64,000 nucleotides of DNA from Alphaproteobacteria bacterium (GTDB lineage Bacteria > Pseudomonadota > Alphaproteobacteria > VGEJ01), in contig CBDDBU010000028.1 of NCBI GenBank assembly GCA_965226045.1, positions 193,387 to 257,386 of the forward strand, written 5' to 3'. A program made the translations under genes and the position numbers. Each line of letters begins with the position of its first letter. The stretch's first letter is position 1. Shown here piece by piece: positions 1 to 9,400 of this stretch. The notes beneath the pieces are model-generated. The model searched no databases. It worked only from the letters and a program-made list of their open reading frames with translations, and had not been told where the DNA came from.

Positions 1-1233
1 GCGTTCGTGAAGGCCTATCGCGGCTCGGGCTCGGCGTCCTATCACCCGAGCATGCTGCTGGGGCTTCTGGTCTACGGCTACGCCACGGGGGTGTTTTCGA
101 GCCGCAAGTTGGAGCGCGCGACCTATGATTCTGTCGCTTTCCGCTTCATCGCGGCCAACGATCATCCCGACCACGATACCATCGCCGCGTTCCGGCGGCG
201 TTTTCTCGACCGGATCGAAGGGCTGTTCGTCGAGGTGCTGCTGCTGGCCCGGGAAGCCGGGGTGCTGAAGCTCGGCACGGTGGCGCTGGACGGCACCAAG
301 GTGCACGCCAACGCGAGCCGGCACAGCGCGCTGTCGTGGAAACACGCCTGCGAGCTCGAAGCCCGGTTGAAGGCCGAGGTGGCGGAGTTGATGGCGTTGG
401 CGGAGGCGGCCGATGGGGCGGATGTGCCCGACGGGATGTCGGTGCCCGAGGAACTGGCCCGGCGCGAGGATCGTCTGGCCCGCATCGCCGAGGCTAAGGC
501 GGTGATCGAGGCGCGGGCGCGCGAACGCCTTGAGCGGGAACGGGCCGAGTACGAGGCGAAGCTCGAGGCGCGCGCGGAGAAGGCCGAGAAGACGGGCCGC
601 AAGCCGGGCGGCCGTCCACCCGAGCCGCCGGTGGCCGGGCCCGGGCCGAAGGACCAGGTCAATCTGACCGACGCGGACTCGCGCATCATGCCGGTGGCCG
701 GCGGCGGCTTCGAACAGGCCTACAACGCCCAAGCCCTGGTGGCGGCCGACAGCCTGCTGGTGGTCACCAACGACGTGGTCCAGGCCCCCAACGACAAGCG
801 GCAAATCGAGCCGGCGCTGGAAGCGCTCGCCCGCCTTCCCGAGGCGCTGGGCGCGCCCGAGACCCTGCTGGCGGACAGCGGCTACTTCAGCGAGGCCAAC
901 GTGAACGCCTGCGCCGAGGCCGAGATCGCGCCGTTGATCACGCCCGGCCGGGAACGCCATCATCTCTCCTGGAAGGACCGCTTCGCCGGCGCGCCGCCGC
1001 CCCCGGAGAACCCGACGCCGCTGGAAGCGATGACACATCGACTGGCGACGCCCGAGGGCCGGCAACTCTACGCCCTGCGCAAGCAAACGCCGGAACCGGT
1101 GTTCGGCATCATCAAATCGGCCATGGGCTTCCGCCAGTTCTCGCTACGCGGCCTGGACAAGGTCACGGGCGAATGGAACCTGGTGACCCTGGCCTGGAAC
1201 ATAAAGAGAATGTTCACCTTGCAATACGCTTGA
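1..1233 (+). CDS. DDE transposase, IS1182/IS5-superfamily (N-terminus outside window)
   Basis: 408-aa partial ORF identical to residues 55-462 of the 462-aa ORFs at 46873-48261 and 57797-59185; typical IS1182-type N-terminal region (SMLLGLLVYGYATGVFSSRKLERA) and coiled-coil/DDE part. Confidence 0.85.
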   Translation, partial: AFVKAYRGSGSASYHPSMLLGLLVYGYATGVFSSRKLERATYDSVAFRFIAANDHPDHDTIAAFRRRFLDRIEGLFVEVLLLAREAGVLKLGTVALDGTKVHANASRHSALSWKHACELEARLKAEVAELMALAEAADGADVPDGMSVPEELARREDRLARIAEAKAVIEARARERLERERAEYEAKLEARAEKAEKTGRKPGGRPPEPPVAGPGPKDQVNLTDADSRIMPVAGGGFEQAYNAQALVAADSLLVVTNDVVQAPNDKRQIEPALEALARLPEALGAPETLLADSGYFSEANVNACAEAEIAPLITPGRERHHLSWKDRFAGAPPPPENPTPLEAMTHRLATPEGRQLYALRKQTPEPVFGIIKSAMGFRQFSLRGLDKVTGEWNLVTLAWNIKRMFTLQYA

Positions 1234-1261
1234 GCAGGCGGCCGGACTCCGTACCTCGCGA

Positions 1262-1400
1262 AAAGGAATAAGAGTATGCTCGCCTTGCGGCACGCGCGAG
1301 CAAGCGAACGTACTTCGTGCCCTCACGAGAGGGCATAAGAGTATACTCACCCTGCGGTACGCGCGGCCAAGCGACCGCACTCCGTGTCCTCACGAAAGGC
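1262..1400 (+). repeat. Two tandem ~66-nt imperfect direct repeats in the 3' non-coding region of the IS (present in all three IS copies)
   Basis: ataagagtatGctcGccTtgcggCacgcgcg...cctcacgaGagg followed by ataagagtatActcAccCtgcggTacgcgcg...cctcacgaAagg; same block at 48290-48428 and 59214-59352. Confidence 0.6.
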
Positions 1401-1475
1401 GCTCGATCCCATGACCTCTCCACATCGCGATCCGTCCACACCCATTCTCGCGGACCTCAGTCCGACAGGCTGCTA

Positions 1476-3460
1476 GGCGCGAGAGCACCGAGGTGCCGTT
1501 GCTGTCGAAAGCGATCGCCGTCCCGGCGTTGGTGAAGGCGCCACCGAATTGGTGCGTCCACACCGTCGCGCCCGCCCAGGTGAGTTTGGTCGCGTACGCG
1601 TCGACCGTCGAGCTCGCCATCTCACCCGCGAACAGGCCGGCGGTGCTGCCTGTGACGTAGATATCGTCGGTGGCAGGATCGATGGCCAGGCCCGATGCGC
1701 GGCCGTCCGCGCTCGTTCCGATGTAACTCACGTAGTCGATGGGGGGGGGTCGTACCGCCTGAGGTTGCTGACCGAGTTGCCGAGATAGTTGACGGTGATC
1801 TGTAGGGTGTCGGACCCGTTGAAGTTCAAGTCGCCGCGATAGATCAGCCCGTCGATCGCCGCGTTGATATCGTCGAGGTTGCCCCGGAAGGTGAGCGTCG
1901 AGTTCTGAGTGCCATCGCCGGTCGTGAACGTTAGGCCGGTGGTATCCGGCAACGTCAGAAGGCCGTCGGTGACCGACAACGTGACTTCCAGATTGCCGCT
2001 GCCCGCGTCGATATCGCCGATACTGAGGCCGGTGATGGTGAGGTCGGTGTCCTCGTCAACGTTTTGCGCGCCCGGGTTGGTGACGGTTGGCGCGGTGTTG
2101 GTCGCGTCGACGACCGAAATCAGCACGCTGTCGCTGGTAACCTGCGCGGCGCCGCCGGTATTGCCCAGATCGTCGATGCTGACGCTGAGTGTGTCCTGGC
2201 CGCTGAAGCCGGGTCGGGGTGTAGACAAGCGCGGCCAGGGCCGCGTTGATGTCGGTGAGGGTGCCCTGGAAGACCATCGACGCATCGGCCGCGCCATCGC
2301 CGGTCGAGAACGTAAGCCCGGTCGTTTGACCGAGGCTGAAGGTGCCATTGGCCACGCTCAGGGTCGCTTGGACACTGGCGGCGCCGGCATCGGTATCACT
2401 GATGCTAAGCCCGGTCACTGTGAGGTTCGCGTTCTCGACCATCTGCTGGGGGCCGGGATTTGCGATTTGCGGCGCGTCATTCGCGGCGCTCACGGTGATG
2501 GCGACCGTGTCGCTGTCGGTGCCGGCGCCGCCGAAGGCGCCGGTATTGGCGAGGTCGCTGACGCCGCTCACGGCGAGTGAGGTGTCTTCGGTCGCCGCCT
2601 GAGCTCCCGGCACCGTGAGGACCGGCGCGGCGTTCACGACACCGACAATCGTAATGGTTGCGGTCGGTCAGCGTGCCGCCGGCGCCGTTGTTGCCGAGGT
2701 CGCTCACGTTGATGGTCACGGTGTTGGCGTCGCCGTCGAAGAAGTTGCTGGAGCTGTAGAACAGGTCGTTGATCGCGGCGTTGATGTCGGCGAGCGAGAC
2801 TTGGAAGGTGGCTGTCGCGTCCGGAGTGCCGTTACCGACCGAGAACGTAAGCCCAGTGGTCTGGGCGAGCGTGATCCGGCCGTCGTTGACCGCGACCGTG
2901 ACCTCGAGATTGCCGGCGGCCACGTCCACGTCGGCGATGCTGATGCCGTTGACGGTCAGATTGGTGTTTTGGGCGACAATCTGAGCGCCGGGATTGGCGA
3001 TGGTCGGTGGGTCGTTCACCGCATTGATAGTGATCGGTACTGAATCGGCGATCGCCAGCGGAGTGCCGGCCGTGATCTGCGCGTCGGTGATGCGCATGAC
3101 GAAGCCATCGAGCGCGCCCGAGTGCGCCTGAACGACCGTGTCGTCCAAGGCCGTGTTGGTGGTCACGCCCGAAACGAAGATCTCGCCAGCCGAGTTGGTG
3201 GCCACGCCGGTGATGTCGCCGCCGGTACCCAACGACCCGAGGTCGACGTTGAACAGAGGGGGATCGTCGGTCGCGGTATTGGTGAACTTGCGCAAAAAAC
3301 CGTTACCGTCGGCGGTGCCGGCGACCAGCACATCGCCCGCGCCCGAGAGGGTGATGGCGGTCGCGACTTCATTGCCGGTGCCGCCGAATTGCTTGTTGTA
3401 GACCAACGTGCCGACGCTGGAGAGTTTGGTGACGAAACCGTCGGTAGCCAACCTCCCAAG
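1476..3460 (-). pseudogene. Remnant of large repetitive secreted adhesin/RTX-like exoprotein (SBBP beta-propeller repeats + ~95-aa cadherin/Ig-like tandem repeats); 5'-truncated, 3' end replaced by IS, >=3 internal frameshifts
   Basis: Minus-strand ORF fragments 1390-1731, 1728-2348, 2056-2637, 2477-3694 lie in three different frames but carry one continuous repeat architecture: NDAPTI(T/A)NPGAQ...TGLSI.D.D...GNLEVTLSV.DG.LTL..TTGLTF..GDGT....TF.G.L.DINAA(I/L).L.Y repeats flanked by SBBP-type motifs (GFVTKL..GTLVYNKQFGG, DAYATKLT..GATVWTHQFGG). No plausible start; N-terminal part of the 2477-3694 ORF is antisense to dksA. Confidence 0.7.
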
Positions 3461-3506
3461 GGATAACCGGTGGCGAGAGGCGAGGGCGCGCCCGGCCTCG
3501 ATTCTC

Positions 3507-3535
3507 TTGCCGACGAAGGGGGGCGCCAATATACT
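3507..3535 (+). promoter_or_regulatory. Putative sigma70-type promoter of dksA (TTGCCG-17 nt-TATACT)
   Basis: ttgccg at 3507-3512, 17-nt spacer, tatact at 3530-3535, ~65 nt upstream of dksA ATG; followed by direct repeat ccgtcgtcgtcccaac x2 in the leader. Confidence 0.35.
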
Positions 3536-3598
3536 CCGCGCCGTCGTCGTCCCAACTGCCGTCGTCGTCCCAACCGTTTGAAAATCAGGGGAGAATGT

Positions 3599-4015
3599 AT
3601 GGTTACGCGCCTCCCTCGAAGTTATCGCCCGTCGGAGAGCGAACGGTTCATGGGGAACAAACAACGGGAGTATTTTCGCCGAAAGCTCATCCAATGGCGC
3701 GATGACCTACGGAGAGAGTCAACCGCGACGTTGCATCACCTACAAGAGGGCAGCAATCAAGAGCCCGACGCCGCCGATCGCGCGTCGACCGAGACCGATC
3801 GCGCCCTCGAACTGAGAACGCGGGAACGCGAGCGGAAGCTGATTAACAAGATCAACACGGCGCTGGAGCGGTTGGCGGGCAAGACCTATGGCTATTGCGA
3901 GGAGACCGGCGAGCCGATCGGCTTGAGGCGGCTTGAGGCGCGTCCGGTCGCGACGTTGTCTCTGGAGGCACAGGAGCGGCACGAGCGCCGCGAGAAGGCG
4001 TATAGCGGCGACTGA
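3599..4015 (+). CDS. dksA: RNA polymerase-binding transcription factor DksA (single-Cys variant, no complete C4 zinc finger)
   Basis: Internal ATG at 3599 preceded by caggggag RBS; protein has DksA/TraR hallmarks (QREYFRRKL, coiled-coil DxxD region, LELRTRERERKLINKINTALERL, YGYCEETGEPIGLRRLEARPVAT). Confidence 0.7.
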   Translation: MVTRLPRSYRPSESERFMGNKQREYFRRKLIQWRDDLRRESTATLHHLQEGSNQEPDAADRASTETDRALELRTRERERKLINKINTALERLAGKTYGYCEETGEPIGLRRLEARPVATLSLEAQERHERREKAYSGD

Positions 4016-4239
4016 GCCGATAGTGGCGGGGTGACGGTGCCACCGGCGCTTGTGGCTGGGTCGGGTGTGTTATGATGGGCGCGTCACGCGCCATAAGTCC
4101 GGCGGTCAGGTGCGGGGTGGCCGCATGGGGCGGGATCGCGGCGGCGTGTTTCCGTTAATGACTCGCGAGGCGGGCCGGTCGCATGCGGTGGCCGCGCTGC
4201 GTTGGTTATTCGGGCGTGAGGACGAGGGGGGAGTCGAGG

Positions 4240-5904
4240 ATGGGTGAGATATCGGGCGGGCACCTGGTCGCCAAGGCGCTGAAGGCCGAGGGTGTAGAAG
4301 TGATCTTCACGCTCTGCGGTGGTCACATCATCGACATATACGATGGCTGCATCGATGCGGGAATCAAGATCGTCGACGTCCGCCACGAGCAGGTCGCCGC
4401 GCACGCAGCCGATGGCTATGCGCGAGTCACCGGCACGCCCGGCTGCGCGGTGGTCACCGCCGGGCCCGGAACGACCGATGCCATTACCGGTGTCGCCAAT
4501 GCTTTTCGGGCCGAGAGCCCGATGCTCCTGATCGGCGGGCAGGGCGCGCTAAGTCAGCACCAGATGGGCTCGCTCCAAGACTTGCCGCACGTCGACATTC
4601 TCAAGCCGATCACCAAATTCGCGTCGAGCGTCCCAAGCATCGAGCGCGTCGCCGATATGGTCAGCATGGCCTTTCGCGAGTGCTTTAACGGCGCGCCCGG
4701 CCCGAGCTTTCTCGAGATCCCGCGCGATGTCCTGGATGCCAAGATCGGCGAGGACAAGGCGCGCATCCCGGCCCCTAACCGCTATCGCGCCTCGACCCGG
4801 CGACAGGCGGATCCCGCCGACATCGAGAAGCTGGCCGAACTGCTCGTCAACTCGGAAAAGCCGTGCGTGTTGTTGGGCACCCAAACCTGGACCTGCCGCG
4901 CCGCCGACGCGGCTCGGAACTTTGCCGAGTCGCTCAACCTCCCGGTTTTCATGAACGGGGCCGGGCGCGGGACTTTGCCCCCCGATCACGCCCACGCCTA
5001 TCAGCTGGCCCGCCGCTACGCCTTCAACAACGCCGATGTGATCGTCATCGTCGGCACGCCCTTCGACTTCCGCATGGGGTACGGGCGCAGGCTGCGCGCC
5101 GAGGCAACGGTGGTGCAGATCGATCTCGACTACCGCACGGTGGGTAAGAATCGCGACATCGATCTCGGCCTGGTGGGCGATGTCGGCGTCATCATGGCGG
5201 CGGTGGCGGAAGCGGCGAGCGCCGGCAAGAACGGCGCCGGCAAGCGGGCGGGCTGGCTACAGGAACTGCGCGCCGAAGAGGACCGCCTGTATGAGGAGCG
5301 GCTCCCGAAGATCAAGTCGGACGCCCAGCCGATCCATCCGCTGCGCCTGTGCTACGAGATCAACGAGTTTCTCACCGATGATTCGGTGTATATCGGCGAT
5401 GGCGGTGACATCGTCACCTTCTCGGGTGGGGTGGTTAAGCCGCACCGCCCCGGCCACTGGATGGACCCCGGGCCGCTCGGCACCCTGGGCGTCGGCATCC
5501 CCTTCGCCATGGCGTCGAAGCTGATGCAGCCAGAGAAAGAGGTCATCACCCTGTTCGGCGATGGCGCCTTCAGTCTGACCGGCTGGGACTTCGACACGAT
5601 GGTGCGGTTCAATTTGCCGTTTGTCGGGGTGGTCGGTAATAACTCGGCCTGGAACCAGATTCGTTTCGGTCAGATCGCCAAGTACGGCGACAACCGGGGC
5701 GATGTCGCGAATGTCCTCAGCAATGTTCACTTCGATCGTTTCGCCGAGATGCTGGGCGGCTATGGCGAAGAGGTCCGCGATCCCGCCGCCATCCGCCCGG
5801 CGCTCGAGCGCGCGCGGGCATCGGGCAAACCGTCGCTGATCAACGTGTGGATTGATCCCGACGCTTATAGCCCCGGCACGATGAACCAGACCATGTACAA
5901 ATAG
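4240..5904 (+). CDS. oxc: Oxalyl-CoA decarboxylase (TPP-dependent)
   Basis: TPP enzyme with N-terminal GGHII../RHEQ..A..A.GYAR, central FAD-like domain and C-terminal GDGAFS..N.. TPP motif; C-terminus SGKPSLINVWIDPDA resembles Oxalobacter Oxc; directly upstream of frc; ATG 4240 with gagggggga RBS. Confidence 0.75.
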   Translation: MGEISGGHLVAKALKAEGVEVIFTLCGGHIIDIYDGCIDAGIKIVDVRHEQVAAHAADGYARVTGTPGCAVVTAGPGTTDAITGVANAFRAESPMLLIGGQGALSQHQMGSLQDLPHVDILKPITKFASSVPSIERVADMVSMAFRECFNGAPGPSFLEIPRDVLDAKIGEDKARIPAPNRYRASTRRQADPADIEKLAELLVNSEKPCVLLGTQTWTCRAADAARNFAESLNLPVFMNGAGRGTLPPDHAHAYQLARRYAFNNADVIVIVGTPFDFRMGYGRRLRAEATVVQIDLDYRTVGKNRDIDLGLVGDVGVIMAAVAEAASAGKNGAGKRAGWLQELRAEEDRLYEERLPKIKSDAQPIHPLRLCYEINEFLTDDSVYIGDGGDIVTFSGGVVKPHRPGHWMDPGPLGTLGVGIPFAMASKLMQPEKEVITLFGDGAFSLTGWDFDTMVRFNLPFVGVVGNNSAWNQIRFGQIAKYGDNRGDVANVLSNVHFDRFAEMLGGYGEEVRDPAAIRPALERARASGKPSLINVWIDPDAYSPGTMNQTMYK

Positions 5905-5940
5905 CCCCCTGGCGGGGCGGCGTGAGGGCGGAGAGCGGCG

Positions 5941-7173
5941 ATGAGCAAAGCGTTGGACGGCGTGCGGATTCTCGACATGACCCACGTGCAATCGGGGCCG
6001 TCGTGCACGCAAATCCTGGCCTGGCTCGGCGCCGACGTGATCAAGGTCGAGCTGCCCGGCCGCGGCGACATCACCCGCACCCAGCTGCGCGACCTGCCCG
6101 ACGTCGACAGCCTCTACTTCACGATGCTCAACTGCAACAAGCGCGGCATCACCATCAATACCAAGACCGACAAGGGCAAAGAGGTCTTCACCGCCCTGAT
6201 CAAGCACTGTGACATCCTGGTCGAGAACTTCGCGCCCGGCGCGCTCGAGCGCCAGGGCTTTAGTTGGGAAACGGTACAGTCGATAAACCCGCGCATTATC
6301 TATGCCTCGATCAAGGGTTTCGGCCCGGGCCCCTACTTCGATCTCAAGGCCTACGAGACGGTCGCCCAGGCGATGGGGGGGGCGATGAGCACGACCGGAT
6401 TCGAGGACGGGCCGCCGACCTCCACCGGCGCCCAAATCGGCGATTCAGGCACCGGCATACATCTCGTCGCGGCCATCCTCGCGGCTCTGTATCAGCGCAC
6501 CAACACCGACCGTGGACAGCGCGTCGAGGTGGCCATGCAGGACGCGGTCCTTAACCTGTGCCGGGTCAAGTTGCGCGACCAGCAGCGGCTGGCCCACGGG
6601 CCCCTGAACGAGTACCCCAACAGCGAGTTCGGCGACGCCGTGCCGCGTTCGGGCAATGCCTCGGGCGGCGGCCAGCCGGGCTGGGCGTTGCGTTGCAAAC
6701 CGGGTGGCCCCAACGACTACATGTACTGCATCATCCAGCCCCAAGGCTGGAAGCCGTGGTTGGAGATAATCGGTCGCCCGGAGTTGATCGACGACGCGGC
6801 CTACGCCACGCCGCGGGCGCGGCTTGACAAGCTCTCCGCCATCTTTGCCATGTTGGAGGAGTGGACGCTTCAGCACACCAAGGCCGAGGTCATGGCGATG
6901 TTGAACGAGCGCGAGATTCCGTGCGGACCGATCCTCGATATGAAAGAACTGATCGAGGATCAGGCGCTGATCGAGCGCGGGATCGTGGTCGATGTGCCCC
7001 ACCCCGAGCGGGGCGGTTTCAAAACCGTCGGTTGCCCGTTGCGGCTCTCCGATTCGCCGGTCGAGATCAAAAGCTCACCGCTCCTGAGCGAGCACACCGA
7101 GGAAATCCTCGCCGAAGTCATGGGCCTCGACAAGGCTGCCGTCGACAAACTCCGCGAAGAGGGCGCGGTCTAG
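5941..7173 (+). CDS. frc: Formyl-CoA:oxalate CoA-transferase (CoA-transferase family III)
   Basis: [33 protein letters not shown]..., [25 protein letters not shown] motif: very close to characterised Frc proteins. Confidence 0.85.
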   Translation: MSKALDGVRILDMTHVQSGPSCTQILAWLGADVIKVELPGRGDITRTQLRDLPDVDSLYFTMLNCNKRGITINTKTDKGKEVFTALIKHCDILVENFAPGALERQGFSWETVQSINPRIIYASIKGFGPGPYFDLKAYETVAQAMGGAMSTTGFEDGPPTSTGAQIGDSGTGIHLVAAILAALYQRTNTDRGQRVEVAMQDAVLNLCRVKLRDQQRLAHGPLNEYPNSEFGDAVPRSGNASGGGQPGWALRCKPGGPNDYMYCIIQPQGWKPWLEIIGRPELIDDAAYATPRARLDKLSAIFAMLEEWTLQHTKAEVMAMLNEREIPCGPILDMKELIEDQALIERGIVVDVPHPERGGFKTVGCPLRLSDSPVEIKSSPLLSEHTEEILAEVMGLDKAAVDKLREEGAV

Positions 7174-7210
7174 GACCGACCCAAATGGTGCATTTCAGGC
7201 GGCTTCCGCG

Positions 7211-7915
7211 ATGAGAATCCACGCCGGAGCGAGCGGGTTTTCGTACAAGCCCTGGAAGGGGCCGTTCTACCCCGCCGATCTGCCCGATAGGGAGATGCTC
7301 GGCTACTATGCTGGCCGGCTGCCGGCGGTCGAAATCAACAACACCTTTTATCACATGCCCAAGGCCGCCACCCTGGAGAGCTGGGCCGAGCAGACGCCGC
7401 CCGGGTTTCGCTTCGCGCTCAAGGCCGCGCGCCAGATCACCCATTTCAAGCGCCTCAAGGATCCGGCCGAGCCGGTCGCGTACTTCCTCGCCAACGCCGC
7501 GGCACTTGGGCCCAAGCTCGGGCCGGTCCTGTTCCAGCTGCCGCCGAACATGAAAAAGGACCTCGAACGCCTGGAGGCGTTTCTCGCCGTGTTGCCCGAT
7601 GATCAGCGCGCGACGTTCGAGTTCCGCCATCCCTCGTGGTTCGAGGAGGACGTGTTCGCGGCGCTTCGGACCCGCGGCGCTGCGTTGTGCGTCGCCGAAA
7701 CCGATGACGACGACAAGACCGCGCCGCCCGTCGCTACCGCCGATTGGGGCTATTTGCGACTGCGGCGTGCCGCATACGTCGATGCGGACCTCCAGCGCTG
7801 GGCCGGGTGGATCGCCGCGCAATCGTGGACGGAGGCGTTCGTCTTCTTCAAGCACGAGGACAAGGGCACGGCGCCGCGGCTCGCCGAGCGGTTGATGGCC
7901 ATGGTCGCGGGCTAG
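7211..7915 (+). CDS. DUF72 (YecE-like) family protein
   Basis: 234-aa protein with DUF72 pattern (AGASGFSYKPWKG.FYP, EINNTFY, GPVLFQLPP). Confidence 0.65.
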   Translation: MRIHAGASGFSYKPWKGPFYPADLPDREMLGYYAGRLPAVEINNTFYHMPKAATLESWAEQTPPGFRFALKAARQITHFKRLKDPAEPVAYFLANAAALGPKLGPVLFQLPPNMKKDLERLEAFLAVLPDDQRATFEFRHPSWFEEDVFAALRTRGAALCVAETDDDDKTAPPVATADWGYLRLRRAAYVDADLQRWAGWIAAQSWTEAFVFFKHEDKGTAPRLAERLMAMVAG

Positions 7916-7928
7916 CGGAGAGTCGCCC

Positions 7929-8294
7929 GTGCGACCGAGCGCCATGGCTGCTCTAGCGACCGCTGGTCTCTTAATTGACCTGGCGGCGGTCGCGGGTGAG
8001 GCCGATGTCGTCGATGCCGTGGTCAGCGTGCGCGATGGCATCCACGGCTTCGATGTGACGGTTCGACACGCCGATGAAGGTTGGGATCATTACGCCGACA
8101 AGTGGGACGTGGTGGGGCCCGACGGCACTGTCCTTGGCACCCGCGTCCTTTTGCACCCCCACGAGGCGGAGCAGCCCTTCACCCGCTCGTTGCGGTCGGT
8201 CGCCATCCCGGCCGGGGTCACGCGCGTGGTCATCCGCGCCCATGACAGCGTCCATGGTTACGGCGGCGACGAGCTGACGGTCGAGCTACCGTGA
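7929..8294 (+). CDS. Hypothetical small protein with possible N-terminal signal/hydrophobic segment; stop overlaps start of next gene
   Basis: 121-aa ORF, hydrophobic N-term MAALATAGLLIDLAAVAGEA; stop TGA overlaps GTG of 8291 gene (GTGA). Confidence 0.35.
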   Translation: MRPSAMAALATAGLLIDLAAVAGEADVVDAVVSVRDGIHGFDVTVRHADEGWDHYADKWDVVGPDGTVLGTRVLLHPHEAEQPFTRSLRSVAIPAGVTRVVIRAHDSVHGYGGDELTVELP

Positions 8295-8812
8295 GCGACG
8301 CGGCGGACTGGCCAGGCGGCGTCCACCGCGCGCTGAGCCAACTCGGCGTCGGCCAGGTCGCGTTCGTGCCCGATGCCGGACTGACGCGCCTCATCAAGTT
8401 GTGCGAAGCCGATGCCGCCATGCGCACGGTCGTGCTTACTTCCGAGCAGGAAGGGATCGCGCTCGCGGCTGGCGCCTGGCTCGGCGGCGTCCGGGCCGCG
8501 GTGCTGATGCAGAGCAGCGGTGTGGGTAACATCGTCAACATGCTCTCGCTCGCGCGCACGTGCCGTTTTCCCCTGTTCATGCTGGTGACGATGCGTGGCG
8601 AGCGCGATGAGGTGAACGAGTGGCAGAAACCCATGGGTGAGGCGACGCCGCGCGTTCTGGAGCTCGCCGGGGTGGGGGTTCGTCGCGCCGAGCAGGCGGG
8701 CGAGGTCGTCGCGATGGCGGCCCAAGCGGCGCGCGATGCCTACGAGTCCGAGCGCCGCGAGGCGGTCCTGATCGCCCAGGCCGTGATCGGCGTCAAGAGC
8801 TTCGACGAATGA
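8291..8812 (+). CDS. TPP-dependent decarboxylase alpha subunit (sulfopyruvate/phosphonopyruvate decarboxylase ComD-like, TPP-enzyme N-terminal Pyr domain)
   Basis: 173 aa; LTSEQEGIALAAGAWLGG, LMQSSGVGN motifs of TPP Pyr domain; 4-nt overlap (ATGA) with beta subunit gene. Confidence 0.65.
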   Translation: MSDAADWPGGVHRALSQLGVGQVAFVPDAGLTRLIKLCEADAAMRTVVLTSEQEGIALAAGAWLGGVRAAVLMQSSGVGNIVNMLSLARTCRFPLFMLVTMRGERDEVNEWQKPMGEATPRVLELAGVGVRRAEQAGEVVAMAAQAARDAYESERREAVLIAQAVIGVKSFDE

Positions 8813-9390
8813 GCGGGCCGACCCTCGACCGCCGCGCCGTGGTCGCCGCCCTGTTGCAGGATCGGGATGGCGCGCCCGCCGTGCTCGGCCTCGGCGCCTG
8901 CGTTTGGGACGCGGCGGCTGCCGGCGATGATCCTCTGAATTTCGGCCTGTGGGGCGCCATGGGGGGCGCGGTCCCGATCGGACTGGGGCTGGCCCTGGCT
9001 CAACCCGAGCGCCGGGTGCTGGTGATCACGGGCGACGGCGAGATGTTGATGGGCCTCGGCTCGCTAGCCACGGTCGCGGTGCAACACCCGTCGAACCTCG
9101 TCATCGCCGTCATCGACAACGAGTGCTATGGCGAGACCGGCATGCAGCCGACCCATACCGCCCACGGCGTCGATTTGGCCGCGATCGCGGCCGGCGCGGG
9201 CTTTCCCGTGGCCCGCCGGGTCGACGACGCGGCGGGATTGAGCGCGGCGCTGCCGCTGTGGCGCGGCGCGCCCGGTCCGCTGCTCTTGAACATCAAGGTG
9301 AGCGCCGAACCCCAGCCGCTGGTGCTGCCGCCCCGCGACGGCGTGCACCTCAAGAATCGGTTCCGGCAGGCGCTGCTCGGGGCGGCTTAA
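8809..9390 (+). CDS. TPP-dependent decarboxylase beta subunit (ComE-like, TPP-binding PP domain)
   Basis: 193 aa; GAMGGAVPIGLGLALA...ITGDGEMLMGLGSL...DNECYGETG (GDG-x24-N TPP-binding motif). Confidence 0.65.
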   Translation: MSGPTLDRRAVVAALLQDRDGAPAVLGLGACVWDAAAAGDDPLNFGLWGAMGGAVPIGLGLALAQPERRVLVITGDGEMLMGLGSLATVAVQHPSNLVIAVIDNECYGETGMQPTHTAHGVDLAAIAAGAGFPVARRVDDAAGLSAALPLWRGAPGPLLLNIKVSAEPQPLVLPPRDGVHLKNRFRQALLGAA

Positions 9391-9400
9391 GCTCGACCCC

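Larger units (their letters stand above)
1..1475 (+). mobile_element. IS5-superfamily (IS1182-like) insertion sequence, copy A, 5' part cut by window edge
   Basis: Sequence 1-1475 is identical to the 3' ~1.47 kb of the complete copies at 46820-48504 and 57744-59427; ends with ...cagtccgacaggctgCTAG; the same 3' non-coding repeat block follows the transposase stop. Confidence 0.85.

Noticed and set aside
162-689. 175-aa minus-strand ORF inside the IS transposase gene (also at 47190-47717 and 58114-58641)
   Set aside because: Antisense to a well-supported transposase CDS; Ala/Ser/Arg-rich low-complexity translation typical of high-GC shadow ORFs.
2477-3694. Treating the 405-aa ORF as an intact adhesin gene starting at 3694
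   Set aside because: Its first ~80 residues are antisense to the dksA leader/CDS and lack homology; the homologous part begins ~3455 and continues in other frames, so it is a 5'-truncated pseudogene fragment.
5257-6435. 392-aa minus-strand ORF overlapping the oxc 3' end and frc 5' end
   Set aside because: Antisense to two strongly supported CDSs; no domain signal.
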